This document shows positions 8,670 to 16,021 of a stretch of DNA of 64,000 nucleotides, piece by piece. Source of the DNA: an uncultured Bacteroidales bacterium (GTDB taxonomy: Bacteria > Bacteroidota > Bacteroidia > Bacteroidales > TTA-H9); NCBI GenBank assembly GCA_964444785.1, contig CAYUII010000016.1:16897-80896 (forward strand), read 5' to 3'. Positions within the stretch are counted from its first letter, which is position 1, and every line of letters starts with the position of its first letter. The position numbers and the translations under genes are program-made. The notes beneath the pieces are model-generated. The model was not told where the DNA came from and did not search any database. It worked only from the letters and a program-made list of their open reading frames with translations.

Positions 8670-9887
8670 TTATAGCTTTTTTATTCTTGCTTTATTATGA
8701 TCTAGGTAAGATGAAGTGCCTGTGATTATTTGTTGAAGGGGTTTGAAATGGTCTCTTAAGGTAGGCCATTTTTCAGGGTTGTTGTTGAAGAGAGAATAGA
8801 GTACATCGGCATATTTCTTTAAGAATTCGCTTAATGCTGAAGCTGTAATAGCTGGTTCTAAGATCTCACCAAGGTTCGCCCCAGTTACGGGTCGTAACAT
8901 TCTAATAAGTTTTATTGCAGCCAACTCATATTTGTCGAGATAAGCGATTACTCTGTCTTTGCGACTCATGATGAATGCAGGGGCAGGAGTAGCATTGGTT
9001 AAGGTATGATCTTCTGAGAGTTGAACGTTCAGTAAGTGCCAGTTTGAGATGATGAAAGGCGTAGGATATGAGGCTTTACTCTTGAACATCATTTTTGCAT
9101 TTGAAATAGCTCCTTTAAGGAGCTGAAAAAGCTCTTCAGGACTTTTTTTTAAGTCAATTAAATAAGTCCAAACTGAATCCTCAACGTAATACGTTATGCC
9201 ATCTTGTCTGGATATTTCTTTCATACTAAGTTTTAACCATTCGATATCCCTATCATTTTTTTCCTCCTCTTTAAGCTTTATAAGCGTATGCAGGCGTTCA
9301 ATGGTCATTCCCATATTTGAGATGAAGGCAGATTGATCAAATCCTTCAAAAATGGAAGTCCAGCTATTCTGCATCAGGCTATTGAGAAAATGGAATAAAG
9401 TGAAGCCCATCAAGCTTTTTTGATCAGTAGACATAGGCTCTGGTTTCCCCCCCTTGATGGAGTAACTATACAACATCGGATAGGTAAGAAACACCATCAT
9501 GTTTAATTTACTCTTCTCTGGTCTCAATCTAATAACTAAGATTCTTCTGTTCAATTCATCATAAAGACTAATTTGAGATGATGTCTTAGCCTCGGTCTTA
9601 GATTCAGTCTTAGATTCAGTTTTAGGAATCAGGTTTTGAGGAAGGATCCATTCCCATGGTGCATTTTTACTTAATAATTCTGAGTACATAGTAAACTCAG
9701 GGGATTTAGATTCCAAGATCTCGAAATTGCCATCAGGTGATTCCTGATCAACCTTGGCCTTGATACACCAAAGAACCCCTTTCTGATCAAGCGCAGCAAT
9801 ACTAACCGATTCAAGGCCTGGAATGGTCTCGGTTAGAAGTATTGCAAACTGCTGATACCTATGATGGTCAGTTGGTGTTCCTATCAT
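8670..9887 (-). CDS. Hypothetical protein (405 aa), no recognisable family
   Basis: Long ORF with normal codon usage. Contains a KTESKTESKTEAKT stretch encoded by a 12-nt tandem repeat. No motif I can assign. Confidence 0.55.
   Translation of the reverse strand: MIGTPTDHHRYQQFAILLTETIPGLESVSIAALDQKGVLWCIKAKVDQESPDGNFEILESKSPEFTMYSELLSKNAPWEWILPQNLIPKTESKTESKTEAKTSSQISLYDELNRRILVIRLRPEKSKLNMMVFLTYPMLYSYSIKGGKPEPMSTDQKSLMGFTLFHFLNSLMQNSWTSIFEGFDQSAFISNMGMTIERLHTLIKLKEEEKNDRDIEWLKLSMKEISRQDGITYYVEDSVWTYLIDLKKSPEELFQLLKGAISNAKMMFKSKASYPTPFIISNWHLLNVQLSEDHTLTNATPAPAFIMSRKDRVIAYLDKYELAAIKLIRMLRPVTGANLGEILEPAITASALSEFLKKYADVLYSLFNNNPEKWPTLRDHFKPLQQIITGTSSYLDHNKARIKKL
9583..9630. repeat. In-frame 12-nt tandem repeat (4 units, 2 perfect)
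   Basis: GTCTTAGCCTCG / GTCTTAGATTCA / GTCTTAGATTCA / GTTTTAGGAATC on the plus strand, inside the 405-aa ORF. Confidence 0.8.
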
Positions 9888-10100
9888 TATTTATTGCAGA
9901 AGGATTTAATTTCAAAGATAGCACTTGATTAAAAATTAAGCAAATTGAATTTTTTCAAGTATAAATTCAGTCGTTTTATAAAACTCAAGTAGTACTTAAT
10001 TTAAGAGATTAAGCTTAATTATTATTGATATACAATAAGTTAGTTGATATATTTGCATTTAGGTCAAGGGCTAATCCTAAGGTTAATTAAGCATATAGTT

Positions 10101-10433
10101 ATGAGAAGTGATTTTTACAATGAAATAGAAAGCAGCAGGAAGCAGTTTATTGATGACATTCGATCGGGACGAGCGCACGTGATCCCAGACCCGGAATCAC
10201 TGCAAAGTGGAATTGAAAATCAGGAGAATAATGGTAAGTTTAATGACGGGTCTGATATCCCAGATCTAAGGGATAAAGACACAATGAACCTAAAACAACA
10301 GGGATCATCGCAGGGAAGGAGGGCTATTAACGAGGATAGTGAAATAAAAGCCAAAAGTCGGTTAGCTTCTCTCAAAAACTATTTTCTTCAAAAATCAATC
10401 TCATTTTTTGATTATGAAGAGGCGGAGCGCTAA
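10101..10433 (+). CDS. Small acidic hypothetical protein
   Basis: The ORF is open from 10044. The ATG at 10101 (MRSDFYNEIESSRKQ...) is more plausible. No known motif. Confidence 0.35.
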   Translation: MRSDFYNEIESSRKQFIDDIRSGRAHVIPDPESLQSGIENQENNGKFNDGSDIPDLRDKDTMNLKQQGSSQGRRAINEDSEIKAKSRLASLKNYFLQKSISFFDYEEAER

Positions 10434-10603
10434 AAGCTTACTAGCAAGTCTCTACTAATCAACCTTACGTTATCGGGTTTATAAAACTTGAATAGTATAA
10501 GGATTTTATTCTTACTTAGAAAGTATTATATTTACAGGGAGTGAAGTATAATAACCTTGGAGGTTTACTACTTTTATAGCCTTTTCAAAACTCATAGATT
10601 TAT

Positions 10604-11269
10604 ATGGAAGACATGGCACTTGATTTGGGTTCACTTTCGATCTTTAACCCTGAGTTATTTTGGAACTTGGTTATAAGATCTATACTGAATTTCATTGTTT
10701 TAATTATAATAATCAGATATATTTACTACTCTACGGCAAGAAGAAAGAGTTATCTTTTTACCTATATGCTTATTGGGGTGACCGTTTTCTTCCTCTCTTT
10801 TATCTTGGAAAAAGTTAAAATGCAATTAGGTTTTGCACTCGGGTTGTTTGCAGTTTTTGGAATAATCAGATATAGAACCGACTCAATTCCTATAAAAGAG
10901 ATGACATATCTTTTTGTTATCATTGGTATATCAATACTAAACGCCATATCGAGTGGTGTGAGCATTGCTGAGTTACTCTTTACGAATGTGGCTTTTATAG
11001 CGGTTGTTTGGTCTGGTGAATATTTTTGGATGTACCGACACGAGTCTAGTAAAGTTATTATCTATGATAATTTAGAATATATAAAGCCTTCAAATAAAAA
11101 GCTTTTTCTGGAAGATATACAAAGAAGAACCGGACTGAAGGTTAGCCGAATTGAGATAGGTGATATAGATTTTGTTAAATCCAGTGTTAAACTGGTCATT
11201 TATTATTTCTATGATAAAAAGAAAATTGATTTTTATGAAGAGAAATCATTTGATAAATCAAAGTTATAA
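10604..11269 (+). CDS. DUF4956-family membrane protein
   Basis: 221 aa with 4-5 TM segments. IIRYIYY...FGIIRYRT pattern and C-terminal soluble tail as in DUF4956 proteins. Confidence 0.75.
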   Translation: MEDMALDLGSLSIFNPELFWNLVIRSILNFIVLIIIIRYIYYSTARRKSYLFTYMLIGVTVFFLSFILEKVKMQLGFALGLFAVFGIIRYRTDSIPIKEMTYLFVIIGISILNAISSGVSIAELLFTNVAFIAVVWSGEYFWMYRHESSKVIIYDNLEYIKPSNKKLFLEDIQRRTGLKVSRIEIGDIDFVKSSVKLVIYYFYDKKKIDFYEEKSFDKSKL

Positions 11270-12299
11270 ATCTCCTTTGTTTCTTGTTCTTCTCATAACC
11301 CTTTTTTTCCTATACGGGAAGCCTATGGTTGCTCAAGAAACACTTTTTGAAAATGACTTTCCTATTTCTATTCAGTTGTATTTGCCTCTAGACTCTATCA
11401 AGAATGAGTCATGCACCAATCCTCAGTATCATAAGGCTATTCTGCGATACAGCGAAAGGGGTGGAGAGAAAGCATCTTTAACCGTAAAAGTTAAAAAGAG
11501 AGGCAAGTTTAGATGTGAAAGTAAGAACTGTACACAACCTCCTTTAATGATAAATTTCTCAAAAAAGTCTGTAAAAGGGACTCTTTTTGAAAATCAAGAA
11601 AAGCTTAAATTGGTACTCCCATGTAGACCAGGTAGAGGAAAATATGAACAGTACATTCAAGAGGAGTATACTACTTATATACTTTATAACAAAATTTCGC
11701 CTAATTCATTAAAAGTTAGGCCAATTCGACTTACTCTCTACGATTTTAGTCAGCCCAATGATTCAATAGTTCTGTCCTCGTTTTTTATCGAAAGCGAAGA
11801 AGCAATGGCTACACGATTACATGGTAAAATTCTAAATGCAACGAACGTCAGACAGAAAGAATTTGAACCCTATTCTATGGTTCGTCTTTCACTTTTCCAG
11901 TTTATGATAGGAAATACAGACTGGTCAACTACAGAACCTCATAATATTGTTATCCTTTGTCTAAATCCCTTTGAACCGCCTATCCCTGTGCCATATGATT
12001 TCGATTGGTCTGGATTGTTAAATACTCCTTATGCTAAACCAAATATTACACTTCCAATAACTAAAGTAACTGATCGGTATTATTTGGGTAGATGTATAGG
12101 AACAGATTCATTAAACACAATTATTAATGAGTTTATTGAAAAGAAAAGCGAATTAATTGATGTAATTACAAAAGATAGTGAATGGTTAAATGAGGGGTCA
12201 AAGATAAAGATGAAAGAATACATTGAAGAGTTTTTTGAGATGGTTGAGGATAAAAAATGGCTTCTCAAAAGAATAAGTAGTGAATGCTTTACTAATTGA
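11235..12299 (+). CDS. Exported CotH-like (atypical kinase fold?) protein, paralog 1
   Basis: Signal peptide (LFLVLLITLFFLYGKPMVAQE). The layout RGKF...PPLMINFSKK...KLKLVLPC...FFIESEE...FQFMIGNTDWS...HNI...PYDFDWSG resembles the CotH family profile. It overlaps the DUF4956 gene by 35 nt. Confidence 0.55.
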   Translation: MKRNHLINQSYKSPLFLVLLITLFFLYGKPMVAQETLFENDFPISIQLYLPLDSIKNESCTNPQYHKAILRYSERGGEKASLTVKVKKRGKFRCESKNCTQPPLMINFSKKSVKGTLFENQEKLKLVLPCRPGRGKYEQYIQEEYTTYILYNKISPNSLKVRPIRLTLYDFSQPNDSIVLSSFFIESEEAMATRLHGKILNATNVRQKEFEPYSMVRLSLFQFMIGNTDWSTTEPHNIVILCLNPFEPPIPVPYDFDWSGLLNTPYAKPNITLPITKVTDRYYLGRCIGTDSLNTIINEFIEKKSELIDVITKDSEWLNEGSKIKMKEYIEEFFEMVEDKKWLLKRISSECFTN

Positions 12300-12305
12300 T
12301 CTTTT

Positions 12306-13910
12306 ATGCTTAGAAAATCATATCTGTTCTGTCTTTTTTTAATCCAGTTGGTTGTTGGTTTTCCTCAAGTGGAGATCAAAGAGCCTAACCTCTGGTATAA
12401 GGCTATCAGAACTGAGAATATTGAGGTTTTAAATGGTTTAATAGCAAATCAACCAGAAGCAGTTAATGGTTTTCTTGATGAAAAACAAAAAGTTTGTCCA
12501 ATAATATTTGCTATAGAAAAAGGGAAAGAAAACATTGTAGATTTACTTCTATTAAAAGGAGCAAATCCGAATCGTATAATTAATGGAGACAAGCCTTTAA
12601 ATCTTGCCATTAGGCGGTTGCAGTATCATTCTGTTCGATCCTTGTTAGATGCTGGTGCTGATCCTAACGCAGTTGATGAGGATGAAATTTACCCATTATC
12701 AGTATCAACAAGGGCTTTAAGTCTTAGAATGACCAAGATGTTAGTTGAGGGAGGAGCATCACTTCTAATATCGGATAAAAAGGGTAGGGTCTATTCTGAT
12801 AAAGTCTCTCGCATTGATGCGCCTCAGCTCTCCAATTACCTTGAAAGCATGGAAAACCGGCAGCGAAAGTTGAAAACACTTCCTAACATGACCGACGGCC
12901 CCTATATTACGACCGATTCTTCTTCGATTGTTGCTTTCTCCTTAGAAAGTGATAGTATAAAAGGTACCGCACGAAAGATCTATCATAGAGTAAATAACAA
13001 TATTTTAAATTGCAATTCACAAAAAAATCTGTTCATTGGAGATGATCATTCTACTGTAACTAAAATTGTAAATCTTAATAGCTTTGATAAAACTATCGTT
13101 GTAGGAGATGTGCATGGTCAATACTCTACCCTTATTCATCTTCTCAAGAGTGCTACTGTAATTGATGACTCGCTTAACTGGAGCTTCGATAATAATTGTC
13201 TGGTTTTTGTTGGGGATATTTTAGATAGAGGAGACCAAGTAACCGAATGTCTTTGGTTAATTCATCGTTTAGGGCTGCAATCAAAAAGAGTTAGCGGAAA
13301 GGTTATTTACCTCATGGGAAATCATGAAGAATTAGTTTTATTAGGAGATAATAGTTATGTAAATGAAAAGTACTGTCATCTATTAAACTATTTTGGGTTA
13401 AAAATAACCGATGTCTTTGCACAGAATACTTTCTTTGGAGATTGGCTAAGAAAATTGCCCGTTGCTGTAACAATAGGTAACACTTTAATAACTCATGCCG
13501 GAATCAGTAGAGAAATGGCTCAAATGAATATGAGTGTAAAACAAATTGATAGTATATTGTTCAGCTTTTTTAACTCTCCGGCTCATCAACCTAATCCTTT
13601 AGAAAGCCTTATTTTGATGGACGAAGGTCCACTCTGGACTAGGCAATATTTCTCAGAATTTAGTAGCAAGGAACCTCTTGATTCAAGTACTATAAGAGGT
13701 ATTTTAGGAAAGTTGAATGCTAAAACAATGATCATTGGCCATACTGAAGTTTCAACTATTGATCCAATTTTCGAAAAACAAGTCATACCAATCAATGTCC
13801 CCTTTAACTCGGCGTTTAAGTCTGGAGAGTTATTGCTTATTGAGAAAGATTCTGCGTTTTATAAAATCAAATACAATGGAGAAAAAGAGCTGCTTTTTAT
13901 TCGAAATTAG
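12306..13910 (+). CDS. Exported ankyrin-repeat / PPP-family metallophosphatase fusion
   Basis: Signal peptide. About 4 ankyrin repeats (IVDLLLLKGANPN, VRSLLDAGADPNAVD, ...). Phosphatase signatures GDVHGQ, GDILDRGD and GNHE. Confidence 0.85.
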   Translation: MLRKSYLFCLFLIQLVVGFPQVEIKEPNLWYKAIRTENIEVLNGLIANQPEAVNGFLDEKQKVCPIIFAIEKGKENIVDLLLLKGANPNRIINGDKPLNLAIRRLQYHSVRSLLDAGADPNAVDEDEIYPLSVSTRALSLRMTKMLVEGGASLLISDKKGRVYSDKVSRIDAPQLSNYLESMENRQRKLKTLPNMTDGPYITTDSSSIVAFSLESDSIKGTARKIYHRVNNNILNCNSQKNLFIGDDHSTVTKIVNLNSFDKTIVVGDVHGQYSTLIHLLKSATVIDDSLNWSFDNNCLVFVGDILDRGDQVTECLWLIHRLGLQSKRVSGKVIYLMGNHEELVLLGDNSYVNEKYCHLLNYFGLKITDVFAQNTFFGDWLRKLPVAVTIGNTLITHAGISREMAQMNMSVKQIDSILFSFFNSPAHQPNPLESLILMDEGPLWTRQYFSEFSSKEPLDSSTIRGILGKLNAKTMIIGHTEVSTIDPIFEKQVIPINVPFNSAFKSGELLLIEKDSAFYKIKYNGEKELLFIRN

Positions 13911-14949
13911 CATACTTTTTTTGCTATTTGCCTTAGTTTCAATAATTCCAGTAAAAGCAGATACAATACCTGCATCAGGAAATTCTAAAAGAGCTGTTCT
14001 ATTTAATGCTCCAACTGCGGCTTTAAAAATTAAACTTATTGCTGATTGGCCTAAAATTTGGGCTGATACCGGCTTATATCCAAGTGAACATCAAGGGTTT
14101 TTAGAGTATTTAGAAGATAGTAAACCTATCAAGTTGTCAGTAAAAATATCCTTACGAGGTGAGTTTCGCCTAAAAGGAGAACATTGTTCAATTAAGCCAC
14201 TTAAGCTAAATTTCAAGAAGAAGGAGGTCGCCAATACTATATGGGAAGGTCAGGACAAATTGAAACTAGTCTTGCAGTGTAGTGGTAACTCTAATGTTTA
14301 TAAAACAGCCATATTTAACGAATTCCTTGCTTATCGAATTTTTAACCAACTTTCTCAAGCCAGCTACAACGTAAAACTACTTGAGATCAATTGTGATGGG
14401 TTTGATGGAAAATCTTTTGTATCGCAGATTGCGGGTTTTGTTATTGAAAGCGATCTCGAATTAGAAGAACGGCTATCAGGAAAATTTATAAAAGTTCACA
14501 ATATCCATCCTAATTATGTTAACTTGGATCAGATGTTATCCATTGCACTTTTTCAATACATGATCGGAAATACTGATTGGAGCGTTAAAGCTTTACATAA
14601 CATCAAACTACTTGGTGTGGTCGGTGGTCCGCCTGTTCCAATACCATACGATTTTGATTTTAGCGGCCTAGTTAATGCTCCATATGCTATGCCAGCTCCA
14701 CATTTACCAATTACAAATGTTCGAGAACGTCATTACAACGGATATTGTCAACCAATCGAGAATTTGCAAAAACAGAAAATTCTCTTTACTGAAAAACGTG
14801 AAGCAATATTTAAAGAGTTAGAAATTCTGAAATCATTAGACCTTAAGATTTATAACTCGACTAAAGAATACATCGAGTCGTTTTATGAGATTCTAAACGC
14901 AGAAGATTTATCGAACACCGTTTTTGCAAAAGAGTGTCGAAATGACTAA
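13876..14949 (+). CDS. Exported CotH-like protein, paralog 2
   Basis: Signal peptide (ILFLLFALVSIIPVKADT). Shares KLKLVLQC, FQYMIGNTDWS, PIPYDFDFSGLVNAPYAMP and LPITNVRERHYNGYC with paralog 1. Overlaps the phosphatase gene by 35 nt. The ORF is open from 13735. Confidence 0.55.
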   Translation: MEKKSCFLFEISILFLLFALVSIIPVKADTIPASGNSKRAVLFNAPTAALKIKLIADWPKIWADTGLYPSEHQGFLEYLEDSKPIKLSVKISLRGEFRLKGEHCSIKPLKLNFKKKEVANTIWEGQDKLKLVLQCSGNSNVYKTAIFNEFLAYRIFNQLSQASYNVKLLEINCDGFDGKSFVSQIAGFVIESDLELEERLSGKFIKVHNIHPNYVNLDQMLSIALFQYMIGNTDWSVKALHNIKLLGVVGGPPVPIPYDFDFSGLVNAPYAMPAPHLPITNVRERHYNGYCQPIENLQKQKILFTEKREAIFKELEILKSLDLKIYNSTKEYIESFYEILNAEDLSNTVFAKECRND

Positions 14950-15112
14950 GCTTGATATAATTTGATAACCTAACTCTATAACAGCTATTCAGAGCACCAA
15001 TTTGGTATCCCAATTAATTGGCCATAATTTGTATTATGTTAACTTGTGTAAAAATGCAGTGATATTGGTGTGAACAAAGACCTCTCTCATCCTGTTTGTA
15101 ATAAAAAAAATT

Positions 15113-15922
15113 ATGCAAGCTGATTTGATATTTGAACATCTCTGGAAAGATTATATCATTCAAAACCCAGAAGTAAAACGAGTTTATGATTGCTTTAAAG
15201 CTGTTGGAGAGAATGTAATTAATGACCATATCGCTTTTAGAACTTTTGATCATGAGCGTATTGGTATTGATAAGTTAGCACGAGTATTTCTAGCTGCTGG
15301 GTATGTTCCTAAAGGAGAATACTATTTTGAGGAAAAGAAATTATTTGCTCGTCACTATGAATTACCCGGTAAAAGTGATGCTCCAAGAGTTTTTATTAGT
15401 GAATTACAATTAGATAAGTGCAGCCAATGGCTTAAAGAAACGGTAACCAGTATGGTTAATGCCCTTCCGGAAGGGATTGAATTCACGGATGATTTGATCT
15501 ATAAAGGAAGCGTTTTTGGTCTTCCCTCCTATGAGCTGTATAAAAAGCTACGAGAGGAATCAGAGTATGCTGCATGGGTATATGTGTATGGCTTCAGAGC
15601 AAACCATTTTACTGTTAGTGTTAATCATCTAAAGAGTATGAAGAAGCTTGAAGAGGTGAACGAATTTTTAAAAGTAAATGGATTCAAGCTAAACAGTAGC
15701 GGTGGAGAAATAAAAGGAAACCCTTCCGAGCTTTTGGAGCAATCAAGTACGATGGCAGGCCATCTGGATGTTCAGTTTATTGAAGGGACATTTCAAATTC
15801 CAAGCTGCTATTATGAGTTTGCACTTCGATATAAAATGGATAATGGCGAGCTTTACTCAGGTTTTATAGCAAAATCTGCCGATAAAATCTTTGAAAGCAC
15901 TAATTTTTATACTGATAAGTAG
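15113..15922 (+). CDS. DUF1338 (YdcJ/HglS-like 2-oxoadipate dioxygenase/decarboxylase family) protein
   Basis: 269 aa. N-terminal LWKDYIIQNP...INDHIAFRTF pattern characteristic of DUF1338 metalloenzymes. Confidence 0.7.
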   Translation: MQADLIFEHLWKDYIIQNPEVKRVYDCFKAVGENVINDHIAFRTFDHERIGIDKLARVFLAAGYVPKGEYYFEEKKLFARHYELPGKSDAPRVFISELQLDKCSQWLKETVTSMVNALPEGIEFTDDLIYKGSVFGLPSYELYKKLREESEYAAWVYVYGFRANHFTVSVNHLKSMKKLEEVNEFLKVNGFKLNSSGGEIKGNPSELLEQSSTMAGHLDVQFIEGTFQIPSCYYEFALRYKMDNGELYSGFIAKSADKIFESTNFYTDK

Positions 15923-15960
15923 GTTTTTGTTTAAGCATATCAACCTATTAGATTTAAAAA

Positions 15961-15990
15961 ATGGAGAGATAAGCGGAGGAACCCTTCGCT
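15961..15990 (+). repeat. Degenerate solo copy of the purine-rich dispersed repeat
   Basis: ATGGAGAGATAAGCGGAGGAACCCTTCGCT in the 99-nt spacer between the DUF1338 and YdiJ-like genes. Confidence 0.4.
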
Positions 15991-15995
15991 TTTTC

Positions 15996-16003
15996 TATAT
16001 TTG
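15996..16003 (+). promoter_or_regulatory. -7 promoter motif TAtaTTTG upstream of the YdiJ-like gene
   Basis: TATATTTG, 18 nt upstream of the ATG at 16022. Confidence 0.4.
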
Positions 16004-16021
16004 TTAAGATAAATAAACCAC

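Noticed and set aside
10611-10626. TGGCACTTGATTTGGG as a sigma-54 promoter
   Set aside because: It lies inside the first codons of the DUF4956 ORF, and the -12 element is TTGG, not TTGC.
11235-13910. Identical 35-nt overlaps at the DUF4956/paralog-1 and phosphatase/paralog-2 junctions as a duplicated DNA segment
   Set aside because: The two overlap sequences are not similar at the nucleotide level. The equal length is probably coincidence, although both overlaps are compatible with translational coupling.
15014-15253. 79-aa minus-strand ORF overlapping the start of the DUF1338 gene
   Set aside because: It overlaps a well-supported gene start and has no promoter motif and no recognisable sequence features.
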